Assembly (NCBI GenBank): GCA_964658305.1 | Contig: OZ210884.1 | Coordinates: 3,038,001-3,102,000, forward strand | Origin: Leptogorgia sarmentosa | Taxonomy: Eukaryota | Length of the DNA stretch: 64,000 nt | Direction: 5' to 3' | In this document: positions 1 through 12,500 of the stretch, in pieces | Layout of the letters: each line of letters opens with the position of its first letter | How positions within the stretch are numbered: position 1 is the first letter of the stretch | Program-made: the position numbers and the translations under genes | The notes under the pieces: model-generated | What the model saw: the letters and a program-made list of their open reading frames with translations, nothing else | Told to the model about the DNA's origin: nothing | Databases searched by the model: none

Positions 1-280
1 GCTGCTGATTTACAAAAAAATAAAAGCGTAGTCTTAACCACAGAGCTGTTAGATAGATAGCTGTTAGATAGATCGTTTCAAGCATCATCAACAGAAGATG
101 GGCGGCGCAACGAGAGCGGGGGTACATCGAAAGAATTGAACAATCCTCACACCTTGTTTTCAAACATTTTGTCTAACACCAACGCTTCGTATTCTGTTCT
201 GAATCAAAATGAGTTTCTCTCCTTAGCTCAACCGTACCCATAGTGCGCACAGCACATACAAGGCATGTTGTAAAACCTGC

Positions 281-378
281 ACTGGACTGGACTTGTAAAA
301 CCTGGACTGGACTCATTTGTAAAACCTGGACTGGACTCATTTGTAAAACATGGACTGGACTCATTTGTAAAACCTGGG
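281..378. repeat. 24-bp minisatellite (cctggactggactcatttgtaaaa), about 4 copies
   Basis: Direct tandem repeat; explains the TWTGLICK and VLQMSPVQ repeats in the ORF track. Confidence 0.9.
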
Positions 379-1345
379 CTGCACTAAAGCTGGTCAAAGA
401 TAGAAACGTTTTCACAGTATTCAATTTTAGGTTTTTAAAATGGAAGAACAGTGTCTTTTTTACTAAATATGGGTCATTTAGTGCCCAAATGAAATGTAAT
501 TATTTTATTACAGCGGTAAGTATATATTACTTATATTATTTATATGTAGACACACCACTACAGGAGTCGGAGAGTACAACATGCCCATATACATTATACA
601 AATAGGAACTGTAAATATTTATCAACCGTCTACCCAATCTGAAGCTTCACACGTAGAGAGTGACTCTGACAGCGATTAATAGCTTTAGTTTGAAAACTTA
701 TGTCACGGTTTACTGTGATGTTTTCTCTTAAATTGAAAACACTTTTACATTTACCATCCAAATTTTGTTTTAAATAACTTTTATAAAGCGTGTTATATTG
801 TTAAAATGTTAATTGTTAAATGTAATTGATGGATAGTGAGTAGCAAAACATGTTTATAAATTATTTTTCGCAATATTTTGATGTTTTATATCTGATTCCA
901 CGAAAGCAATTAGATAACTCGCTTTCGATTTCAACGAAATAATAGGTGATTCGGCCGTCGGCCTAATCAACAATCACCTCGTAGAAATCTCGAGCCCGTA
1001 ATTTAGTACAGTGCATCAATCTCATTTGTATACAAGTCTGTATATTAACCATTCAAGGATATATCAGAATACATGAAAATTATTATAAAAAGTCATACCT
1101 ATGCAAACAAAATACTGCATTTGAAAAACAATGTCAATATGCATTAGAATATTGTCCTGCGTATGCTAACGCTTACAGCTCATACTTATACAGATTTTTA
1201 AATCACCATCCCCTCCCCCTTTCCCCAATTTTCAAAGTTGAAATTTATACCCTGTACAGTTCCATCTATCTTTAAAGGGAAATATAATGTTATTAACCAA
1301 GCAAATATCTATACGGAAATTTTTATTGCAAATACATAAAATTAC

Positions 1346-1627
1346 CTTGTCCTGAAACTATTTCAAGGAACTTTCTGCGCTTCTTACCACAAACAACACA
1401 CGTGTACCATCCCCCATCGTTCGTTGTTAGGTTTGATATGTTGAAAACATTCTTGGAAACCAATTTTACTTTTTTGTCATCAACCGGAAGCATGTATTTT
1501 CTTTCATGTTTCGTTTTTCCATACCATAATGTCACATTCTCAGACGTTTGGATTGCACAATTAAACACTATCCATTCACCTTGAAGACGAAGGCGGCGAT
1601 AGAATGTTTTATCTTTCCAAGATACAC
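1346..1627 (-). CDS. Ig-like domain exon of an immunoglobulin-superfamily protein; gene continues leftwards and no further exons were identified
   Basis: 282-nt phase 1-1 exon with AG acceptor (1629-1628) and GT donor (1345-1344). Translates GVSWKDKTFYRRLRLQGEWIVFNCAIQTSENVTLWYG...FNISNLTTNDGGWYTCVVC...FLEIVSGQ, with Ig hallmarks C...W and D-x-G-x-Y-x-C. Confidence 0.85.
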
Positions 1628-1940
1628 CTGTTCCAAGAAAAAGAAACTAATAAAACCGTTAAATCAAACAAGGTTCTTCTTAGCAAACCATTACTCGGAA
1701 TTTCAATCCCCTACTGATGAAAAGCTAAAAGATTAATCAGTTTAAATTGAATAACATTATGTTAAACTTTTGCTGAAATTTTACTTTGTATAATTAATGT
1801 ATCAGGCAATGGCGTCAATCATTGAGGGGGTCGAGTGGGGCATGTCTCCTCAGTTATTTGCTTTAGGTACGAATCTGTTGGTTCGATCTTCTCCTTTGTA
1901 TTATTTACCATTTCTTGCTTTCTTTACATCGTTTAAACAA

Positions 1941-2183
1941 TAATAGACCTTACCGATTATTCTCGTTTACCCAATGGCCTCGTTTTCATGTTTGCTTCTT
2001 TTCGCTTGATAAGCTCACATGTAGATAATTTTCCGACTTTTTCAGAATTAATTTGTTTGTTGGGGCTGAAACTCAATCATACGTTTGCTAAATTTTAACC
2101 ACATTGCGCACGAAATACGAATAAATATCGAGCTTGAAAGCGAGGCCATTGGGTAAAATGTGAATAATCAGTAAGGTCCATTA
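1941..2183. mobile_element. MITE-like non-autonomous DNA element with ~45-bp terminal inverted repeats
   Basis: taatagaccttaccgattattctcgtttacccaatggcctcgttttca pairs with tgaaagcgaggccattgggtaaaatgtgaataatcagtaaggtccatta. Confidence 0.75.
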
Positions 2184-2530
2184 CGATTCGTTTCGTTCGC
2201 TGATTGATGGAAATCATGCATGATTTTCGCTTCAAATACATTTTAAAAAGTTTTTAAGAACTTTACTTTTCTAAGAGAAAAGTGTCAAATTCAGCAACGT
2301 AATTGTGGGGAATTTGGAGATAATTCTGAGACATGGGAACTATGGAAACGATAGGAGTCGCAATTCCTCCGATGTTCAGCTTGAAGACGAAAAGGAACGG
2401 GGAAGTGGGCGGCGCAGGACCCTCAAGAGACCTACCAATTAGTAGAATTTCCTTTTCGAAACGGCCGTTTACGGAGATCTAGCTACATGCATGATATTTC
2501 TCCAAACATTTGAATATCTCAAAACTAAGT

Positions 2531-2678
2531 GCCACGCGAAGTCGTAGCTTAGCTGTGTGAAAAGTATCAAACACGATAGATTTTTCTCACGGCCTAGCGA
2601 GAAGAATTCCTCAGCAAAAGTAACACGCACACAAGAGCTTCCAGCTGTGCCTGAGCTAAGCTACGACCTCGCGTGGCG
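2531..2678. repeat. Inverted repeat, probable MITE fragment
   Basis: ccacgcgaagtcgtagcttagct ... agctaagctacgacctcgcgtgg. Confidence 0.55.
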
Positions 2679-2747
2679 ATTAGCTTAGCTACGAGCTCTC
2701 GTGTGCGGTGGGCATAAATGATATACAGTGTTAGTTATAGTCTATAC

Positions 2748-2832
2748 CTTTTGAACAGTTGTTTGCTAGTGTCTCACTGACAAACCAAGACAGAAATATA
2801 GAGACAGCTGTCGCATATTCTGACCACTTCAT
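2748..2832 (-). CDS. First coding exon (signal peptide) of the Ig-domain gene
   Basis: ATG at 2832; MKWSEYATAVSIFLSWFVSETLANNCSK plus one G, then a gtatag donor. Phase 1 joins in frame to exon 1346-1627. A possible non-coding upstream exon ends at a donor near 4600. Confidence 0.75.
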
Positions 2833-3516
2833 CTTTTCCAGTTACGAACTTTCGCATGAATATCTACCTAGGTAGGAAATGTGACTTTGATTGAATAGGT
2901 TTTCTTATAAAATGCACCCGAATGTAACACGTACACACCCCTTGTATTGCCTAGTAATTCAACTAAGAATACTTTTAGGTTCTCCTGATTAGGCGGGGTA
3001 AAGTCACCATAATTATAGGCTTGGAATCGTAAAGGCTAAACCGGTAACTAAGATTGTTTGGAACTATGCAACCGTAATTTTGTGAACCTTATAAACGGCC
3101 TTCTATACACAGTAAATTATGATTATCGTATATGATTCGAATTCTGGCCTATGGAAATGAATAAATGGTGACATCTCAATCCGGTCTTTCAATGATGTTG
3201 GGCACACGGCATTACAATAAATTGTATTCACGTTAGCTTAATTTCATACGCCAGAATACCAATCTAGTCGGTAGCCCTTTATAATGAAACATGTATAATC
3301 ACTGTTGTAGTTGTGCAGCGAGAGCTATAATTTATTGAGAAAGAACGCAAGTTTCATATAATAATTTTATATAGTATTCACACGTATTTCATATAAACAA
3401 ATTCTTTATATCTGGAATGTAAAAAAGGTATTCATTTATATAATCTCCCATGGGAAATGTGTGTTTCAAGTGTGATGATGAATGACATTTTTATGACTGT
3501 TCCACAACTGTGACTA

Positions 3517-3659
3517 AAGGCTAGTTTCCACTTCAACCGAATCGTAACGTAACGTAGCGTATGTCATTATTTCCTGAGCAATGAACTGGATCTAATGACT
3601 TCGACACAAAAGAACATGCTCCGTTACGTTACGATACGCTTGAAGTGGAAAACGGCCTT
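3517..3659. mobile_element. Short MITE, possibly PIF/Harbinger-like, with ~42-bp TIRs
   Basis: aaggctagtttccacttcaaccgaatcgtaacgtaacg pairs with cgttacgttacgatacgcttgaagtggaaaacggcctt; AT-rich flanks. Confidence 0.75.
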
Positions 3660-5289
3660 TAAGACAACACAAATTATAAAATATAATATTAAGCAGGGAA
3701 AATAATGAAAGGCCACTGAAAAAATTATATTAATCCAGACGGACTTAATATTCGCATCTTCCGATGCAACAATGCTATTTACAGAGGCGCGGATCATTTC
3801 CAGTTTGTGGTTATTTTTTGCATCTGAGAAGACTGATTAGGGAACAGATGTTTTATAGACTGCTCATGTTTATAAAGAGATGGCGGTATGCTTACAAATA
3901 TTAACAATTTGCCGCTTGTTGTGTACTCCGGTCGATAAGACTGAGAGAAAGATAAACCAAATGCATATGCATGCATTGTCAAATGAAAGTGCATAAAATT
4001 GAATGTTCTGTTAATTATGAAACCTTACATGACTGTTGCAATGATTTTATACCAATATATAGCTATATAATTATTATCGCATTTGTATTTTGTGTGTAGA
4101 TGCAAGCTTTTTAGCTATGCATATTTTGGTCATATGTAGCTATATAAATTTACACACAATAATAATTCGTTTGTGCAGCGAAGGCTTTTAGTTTTTTTTC
4201 TAGATTGAAGTCTCAATTCAATATAGAATTTGAGACCTCAATAAAGACCTTGTTGCCAATGGCCGGATTTTCTATTTTTCTCATGTTTACCTATATAAGC
4301 CCATTCGCATCAATTTATAAGCGGCCAGTGGCTGCATTGAATTACATTGAATCTCACAAACATATATAATATCCAAAGGCATTCAGTAGAAAAACTTAGA
4401 TTGTACTAGATTGTTCAAATGAATAAGCATCGCTTTGGGGAGCCGTGTAATTGTAAGTAATGAAATATTCTAATTCGGTAGTCAAATTCATGAATTTAGC
4501 TAGCATTGATCGTGAATAAAGAAATCATTACGTTTCCTAGAAATTTATTTAAGAATACAGTAAGAAAAAAATGTAATGAAATGAATAAAAACGACTTTAC
4601 CTTTCAAATAGTGTTCTTATTATGATGAACTAGGTGAAAAATCACTCCGTCAGCTTTTCAAATTGAAGCGCACAGTATATCTGGTGAACGCGAACTCCGA
4701 AGACTTTTAATTTCTTGCTACGACCCAAACGAGCGTTGAACGGTGGTTACTGATGTTTCTTTGGCTAAACTTCGATTCTTAACTCCAGTAGATCATTTCC
4801 AGTGTCTCATTTGCATGTACGTGTTGTGCGTTGAGCATAAAGTAAACAGTTAAAGAACACTTGAGAAACTATAATTATAAGCCTATAGAATTCATTTTTG
4901 TCGGCTATTGCAAATGAGAGCTAAGTGCAAAACTTGCAGATGTTTTCTAGTCGTGAATTTCAGTTTGTTGGTTTTTATACTGTAATTAGTCGAAATAATT
5001 CTCATATTTCTCCAAGAATGAAGTCTGGCACAAATTTGCCATCTACATTGAGGCTATTTTTAATCAGTAATCTTCCGTAATTACATTGTATGTAATAAAC
5101 TACCAGTGACGTAAAAATTCGAACCGTTGGGGCGGCCCCAAAATTACTTAGATCTTATGTTATTATGTAATGATGTTTCTGAGGTATGTTATTGCGAAGG
5201 TCCAATGTGCACGTACATTAATTATAAGCAAAAATTGCAATAAGACTTGGGTGTTATTGAACTTGAGTTAAGCCAGGTAAGCCAAATGC

Positions 5290-5655
5290 AATAACAACAT
5301 AATTAATTACAGAATTTCGAATGATATAATCGAAATCGAGAATACAACAAAATGGATTTTTGTTCGGACAAGCCTTATTGAGCGCTGATTGGTTAAAACA
5401 CGATTGTTTGAATTGGTCAAAACATTCACCTCAAAATTTATGCTTTATGCTATTTCCGCTTGCTGTCACCTCGCTCATGAAATTGGCAGAAATTATTTGA
5501 TGCTGAATTCGCCCATCTGCTTGAATTGTTAGAAAATAAATTTGATGTTAATCCGCGATAATCGTCAACAATGGCAATGTTCATGGCTTATGAATGCGGG
5601 AAAATTTGATAATTTATATTTGGGGTCTTTATTGATAGCTATAGAGATAGCATTT
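5290..5655. repeat. Interspersed repeat; inverted homolog at ~17815-18225
   Basis: ~360 bp align in reverse complement, e.g. gaattggtcaaaacattcacctcaaaatttatgctttatgctatttccgcttgc. Confidence 0.8.
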
Positions 5656-5967
5656 TTGAAGTCTCATATACTTCTTTCGTTGGTTAAGTCGAAGTTCAAC
5701 AACACTCTAATCTTATTCAACCTCCATGCATGTTTGGTTCTAAACCCGGGTTTGACCTTGACTAATAGCGGTTCTACTTCGGTTATTGTTTGACAATGCT
5801 GCAACAGGGGGCGTATAATCACCTGGCGTTATGGCTGGCTGGGATAAAATAAAATAAAATAAAATAAAATGGAATAAGTATAGTTTCAATTCGAAATTAT
5901 ATATTTCATACTATTCTTTGAGTATGTTTTGCTCATTTCTTTTGCGAGATAATGGCTCTAGAAATAA

Positions 5968-6875
5968 CATGGTGGAAAACGCGGGTACCGGATACCGGGT
6001 TGCGGATACCCGATACCGGATCTCTGATGCCGGGCAGCGGATAGCGGATAGCGAACAACGGGTAGCGGATACCGGGTAGCGGATGCTGGGTAGCGGATAG
6101 GGATGCCGAGTTTTATCGTTTTATGTTAATATTATATACTTATTTTAGACGGATAAGGAGCACTGCAGGAATATAACCAACAATATAAATTTTATCAATT
6201 GAATACCCATATGTGATTTACAAACATTGCGTATTGTTTATTAATCCATGTCTGTCTTGCAGCTTGCTAATTTATCAGTGAATCACGAAATTCGATTACA
6301 TTTATCTTTGCGCCATGCAGTTACCAAGTTACCTCCTGCACTTCTGTTGAAGTTTGTATTAACGTTCTCTAACTTATGCACTACATTGCGTTGTTTTTTT
6401 TGACGAATAATTCAATAAAACGTGTTTGATTATCAATAACAAACAAATAACTCAAATATTACTCAGTTAAACCTTGTCAATATGTGATTTATATGCGCAA
6501 ACTTGCTCTTAGATGAGCCTTGCAATTGTGTAAGTGGTGAAGATGCGGCTGAATTTGTGGCGGTATGGAGCACATGGTACCGTTACAGTAGTTTATAGAA
6601 TCGTCCTCAAATTCAGCCAAAAATTTCATTTTCAACTCCCAACCAAGGCGAGTTTCATATCTATTTGCTTCAGTTTTGCTCCTTATCCGTCTAAAATAAG
6701 TATATAATGTAAACATACTAGAACACCGATATACTAGTCCCTTACGATTAACAAAGTATTTTGAAAATGAGATAAAACTCTCGGTATCCCTATATCCGCT
6801 ACCCGGTATCTGCTTCCCGGTATCCGGTATACGGCATCCGCTATCCGGTATCCGGTACCCGTGTTTTCCACCATG
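5968..6875. mobile_element. Non-autonomous TIR element with subterminal 7-bp (cggatac-like) repeat arrays
   Basis: TIRs catggtggaaaacgcgggtaccggataccgg and ccggtatccggtacccgtgttttccaccatg; imperfect ~11-bp flanking duplication gctYtagaaat; absent at the paralogous site ~19005. Confidence 0.85.
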
Positions 6876-7134
6876 GCTTTAGAAATGGCATCTTTCCATG
6901 CGTGTTATTCACAAAGCACCCACGCCCGATTTATTTGTACGGACGTTTATCTATATCGACAGGAAGTCGAATTGCTAATTGTTTTGCATTTTCCACATCA
7001 TGTTATCTTAAAATAATCTTAAAATATCAACTGCATCATCATATAAATTTATCTAATCGAATTTATAGCTCTCACATAGTTTGTAACATCCGAGAAGTAA
7101 GTGCAATTCACCTTTGCAGAACTATATTACTGTA

Positions 7135-10100
7135 TGAAGCTTGTTTCGAATGTTTTTTTTGTTTGTCTTTAGTAGGGTTTCCAAACACTATGCGTCTCGA
7201 GCTCCAGCTGGGAGCAACTTCAGTTTTGATAATAATCCTAGTACTAACTGTTTTTGAAATGAGGCTTCTGTATAAGCCTTTATTTATATACACTACACTT
7301 TATACAAAAGCGTTCTCTCTAAATGTGTGTTCTAGCAAAGAAACATTAATTTGTAGACTTATGTTGTTCATTTGATACTCCAGATTCAAGTTTCACTTTT
7401 GAATTAGCTGATTGGTTGCGTAGTTATTTGGATAAACTGAACAAACGAGAATACAGGCGCACCACATCAAATCACATGACGTGGAAACAAAATGCGTAAA
7501 TCAAGCCTTCTAAATAAGTAACAATATTATCTCCTCTGGTATTTGAGATTGAACATACTGATGTCAGGTTTTGCTTAAATATTATAATTCGGATTATTAA
7601 TATTTAAGTTAAACCTGACATCAATATGTTGAATCTGAAATCCCAGAGGAGATAATATTGTTTCTTATTTAGAAGGAATGTCTTAATAACTTTATGCATG
7701 TCTCTAACACAGGCTTTGTTCTATTACATTGTCGTTTTGCGCAAAAATGGCAACAACATCCTATTTTTCATGTTTATTTTTCGAGACCACACGCGCCATA
7801 TGGCATGTAGGGAAGTATATCTATTTCGAGTGTATAACAGTGAATTGGTCATTTTAGCTAGTTTGTTTTTTTCAGATCCTATTCTCATTTCATTAAATTT
7901 TAATGTAATATTATAGAAATTTAAAGCATGTTTGGAATGTTGTTTTGGTTTGTGTATAGTACGGTTTCTTAAGCACTAGGAATGTCCTGCTGACAGAGAA
8001 TTTAGTTTCAGTTTGCAAAATCAAGTGTTTGAATTTAGACACAAAATTTGAAAGATATATCGCAGTTATTCTCGGAGCCTGCATACAGAAAACGTCATAG
8101 AAGAACGTTTTCATTGAAGGTATGTTCAAGTTAAGAAACATTAGGCTCGTTTTAATAAACTGCCTTTAACTATCACATTTGAATTAGCGTATTGGTTACG
8201 TAGTTACATTTACTTTTCGTCTAACGAGCGTGGTGGATGCCGGAAAGAACATAGCTAATTATAATTATGTATGTAGCTATAGCTCATTCCTTATGATTTT
8301 GTATCAATATATAGCTAATATTATCTGCTCATATGACATAACACATCTAGACGTCACTAAGTTTCCATAATCTCGCGTCAATAACAAACATTTTCTACGA
8401 TTTTTTCTCCGTTATTTTACCCTGCTGTTTACAGACCCCTTCATAGTAGCGGATGCTCGCAAGCAAATGGACAATACTTAGTCAGAGAACGTAGAATTAG
8501 TAGCAACAAATTGCCACAAATGATTTTTGTAGTATTAGTTTGAGATTGATGCGGTACTGTTGTGAAGTGTGATAAAAGTCTTGTTTCCCTATAGCTATTG
8601 CAGCGCGCTCAAGCGGTCTTGGATTTGTGAGCTGTCGGAATATCTATGTCTTTAAATTCTCACTGCTTTGCTTCTAGAAATGTTCAATCAACCATACTAT
8701 ATATAGTGCATACTATAAATCACGAGAAATCAATTGAACTCATGCCTGTCAATCTTTTATACCTTCTAAACTTTGGTTTCCTTATCCGGTCCCTCATTGT
8801 TTCTGCGCGACCGCGTGGCGGCCATAGAATATCAAAAATTGCTGAAACTGGCTTTATAGCTATCAATCCAGCGGCATTGTCGTTTGCTTCTATCCAATGT
8901 ACGAAAGTCGCTAGGCTTTGACTCGCAAACAACAAGTGACAGCAAGCAGCATAACAAAAACTACCTACAACTAATCAACGGGACTCATAAGTTGTACCCA
9001 CTGCCTGAATGTTACCATCATACTCAGATTTCAAATCGTAGAATCGTAAATTTATTATTTAGTTTAGTAAGTACTAGTATATAGCCGTTGCGACGTATAC
9101 AAAGGTAAATAATTATGTGCTCATTATGAGTAGCAGAAAGCAATATCAACGAGACAAACGTTCTGCGGGGTGTCAAAAAAGCGTTGAAACACATCATTGT
9201 TTGACAGACGCCGTTCAATATATCGGATGCCGCGCCACATTGTTCTTTGGTGTTCCTCCCAATCTCTCACAGTCGCTAAGATTTATAACAGAGACATCAG
9301 GCGCTAGAAAGGAATCTGATAATTCATAAATTCAAACTACGAACGGAGTTTTTTCTATATATATATATGTATGTAAATCCAATTCGTAATTGTTTTTGCT
9401 GTTTCCAAACTATGTTATAATAATTGAATTGTATAATGATTTATAAAGGTTTCGTCATTGAAATTTACGGTTTTGAAAAACAATAAATCAGTTTCAATTC
9501 TAGGTTCAATGTTGTTACATTAATTTTACAATATTGTTACTATATAAAGCTTGCTTGAAATAATATGTTGTTTTGGGTTATCTTTAGTACGGTTTCCCAG
9601 GATTGTGGATTTCTTGCTGTGACTTCAGTTTTTGTAAATAAGTTTGGGAAATTCCATTCATTAAAGACAAGATTAGAATACATCGTCGTTTTTAGCAAGT
9701 TTGTGTACTATACTGAAAACTCTGTATAAGTGAGGTATGCATTGAGATATAGAAACATTGTATTCGCGTAAATCTTTGTAGCTATATTTTTTGATAATAA
9801 GGATTAAGTCTTAACAATTGTTAGCTAAAATCTTTTCGGAAAGAACGCATTGCTTTTAATTTACAATAACACAATTAGATCACAACCAGACTTATATCGA
9901 CCCCCTTCATTTGAAATTTTTTAGTCAACCTATATAGGTAAACCAATTAATCTTGCTTTGCTCGAACTAGGTTATATCATATATACATAAGTCAATAGCG
10001 TTTATTTCACTTCCAATCTTTCGAAACTTACTACAAATAACTGTAAATGCATTGTGCAAAAGCAATTAAATCTTGTCTACCATCTTGTTTTCGTTTCTCT

Positions 10101-11540
10101 TTATTACCGTTTCCAAGCACTGTGGATGCCCAGCTGTGCGGAACTTTACGCTTGCAAATTAAAGTTTTGAGATTGAGACAAGCCTCGAATGTAATTGTCT
10201 TTTTCGGAAAAACCTGTATGTAGAACATATTGGGAGCGTCTTGTTTAAAGGTGTGTACAAGTTATGAATCATTCTGTTGGCAATCTCATGTAGTTGTACT
10301 GTAACGCAATTCCGATCGATCTTTCAGAATAATTTTGTATCGGATTGTTGGTAACGTAGTGTATATATATATATAGAAGTTATAAGCTATAACGAGACGA
10401 AAGATACAGCAGGCAACACCATGTCAAACAGGACATATAATATGCGCATCATTACAACTAATTTAGTAACACACTAATAATACTTCTTTATATATCATAT
10501 ACCGCAAATATATATATGTTAGATTTAGTTCCACTTACACATCTAGTTTTAGCGTATTTTTACCCCGCTGTTAACAAACCTCTTCATAGAAGCCGCACAC
10601 ACTAAATTATAGTGTTAACGACAATAATTATTCATGTAGAAAACGTTGAATAATATTGTAGAGAAATTTTTGCCTGTACAGTACGTTTACGACAAACATT
10701 TCTGCGGTTTTAAGGCCTATTCAAACGAAACCAATATCGACCAACATTGCTTGTCCAACAATGTTACACAACGTGTGATGAAAAGCTTAAACTTAAGCTT
10801 ATATCATCTAATGCATAGTATTCAAAGGAGGCCAAGTTTTGCAGCCAACAACTGCATTGGATGATTTTGAACCCACAGGTTGGCTGAGATGGATGTCTTC
10901 ACAAATCGACTTAACTCTATAAATTATGATGTGCGATAAATTGCTGCTTTGCTTCCTACTAGCTTGTTTTGCCAGATTAGCCAGGCTGAACTACATACGT
11001 AAATTGGAACATTATAGGTAGCTAAAATTTGTCAACTCGTCTCATTAAATGTTCGGTTATACAGGAAACCAATGTAGTGCATGCGATGAATGACGAGAAG
11101 TCAATTGATCTAATACGTAATACCTGTAATGTTTTGTAATCTATAAGATGTTCGGTGAGGGTAAGTGATCGAAAACAAAGGTACCATTGGCAGTATCCAT
11201 CGTGGGGATATTGTGGCGCGCGTTTGCTGTTTTTCGTATCCAGTCAAGCTACAAGACTCTCTCAGAAACGACAAGTGGGACCTGGCGATTTTATAAAAAA
11301 ACTAAGTAGATCATTTGAACAGGCACGAAAAGTGCTACACATTGCCTAAACGATACGAAAGGATTCAGGCTTTTCAATTTGGCCTTGTGTAGATATCAGG
11401 AGTTGTAAAAACTGTAATATATGGCCAGTGATTGTAATAGCTATACATAATAACATCAACAAATAACAAACGTTCCACAAGGGGTCCAAAACGCATTGAT
11501 ATACACCATTGTTTTAAATTGAATACCCACTGCAAGTGAA
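7135..11540 (+). pseudogene. Decayed, anciently duplicated coding-like modules of unknown family, also present in duplication copy B
   Basis: Diverged internal repeats (7.9-9.2 kb vs 9.55-11.5 kb) with third-codon-position-biased differences (EKSIELMPV vs EKSIDLIPV), conserved ag/gt-bounded segments, and many stops and frameshifts. Confidence 0.4.
7506..7676. repeat. ~170-bp near-perfect palindrome (foldback)
   Basis: Arms of ~75 bp: ccttctaaataagtaacaatattatctcctctgg...cttaaatatta and taatatttaag...ccagaggagataatattgtttcttatttagaagg. Confidence 0.9.
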
Positions 11541-12500
11541 TGATTTACGTACTTTAAATGTGATAACATTTTGAATAGGGAAACCTCATTAAAACCGCTC
11601 TAGTCCTATATTCGGTTTTGGCAGAGAACACAGAAATGAAGATAAAATCTGTTATTAATATTGCACTTTGTTCTTTTAGACTTTCTTCAAATTTACTGTT
11701 TACACGTATCCGACCATATTGATTTGAATGCGTAAATTGTTGCCGCTACGCTGAGCCCACGCATCATCGTCAGGCGGAAATGACATGCCAAAGTATTAAA
11801 ATAAAAAACGATTTCTCGCGGAAACCTGAATTTGCGCGTGTCAACCCAAACAATCTTCATACTCGTGTTGGCGCGGTAAAGTCTATACTCTGAACATTTG
11901 CAGTATGTGCATGGTATCTATTTGAGGTTTACTGAAATATGTAGTAAGTGTTTTGTTTACGAACACATGCACGAGTTGTATCATGTATACATGCAATAAA
12001 GTTGTTATACTGAAAGAGGCGGTGTGTCACTGAAAATTGAAATTAATCGTATAATGACAGCAAGTGGGTGTATTTATAAACAAAACAAGACAATAAATTT
12101 CTTACTCACTATATATTGTTAAAATAATAATATTACAACAGTTTGTGGGCAGCCTTCTAGGTTGCTATTTTCAATAAAGCTCGCTTTGCTATGTCGACCG
12201 GTTTCATAGGTTGTCCCTCGAACTCGAGATTGATATTAACAAGCTGCCAATTGGAGTTGGAGTTTCAATGGTGTACATGCATGCATGCGGCTTAGTAGTC
12301 TAAATCTTGAGTCACAGACACGGTTACAGGTCGGATCATACAGCCTCAGTACTGGTAGCGTTCGCCCTCTGTAGAACGTCTTTTCAAAAACCATTTTGAA
12401 AAATAGGACATTAAAACGTTGACCTCTCGAACGCAATATTTTCCGTTTCCTGGAATTAGACCATACTGATTATATCTTTCCTTCTATTCTTTTGACGCAG

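Noticed and set aside
173..605. ORFs with TWTGLICK or VLQMSPVQ repeats
   Set aside because: Produced by a 24-bp minisatellite; no domain signal or convincing splice context.
7911..8141. Minus-strand ORF MFLNLNIPSMK... recurring at 20383 and 22638
   Set aside because: Recurrence is explained by the recent duplication; the copies differ by a frameshift and no domain is recognisable.
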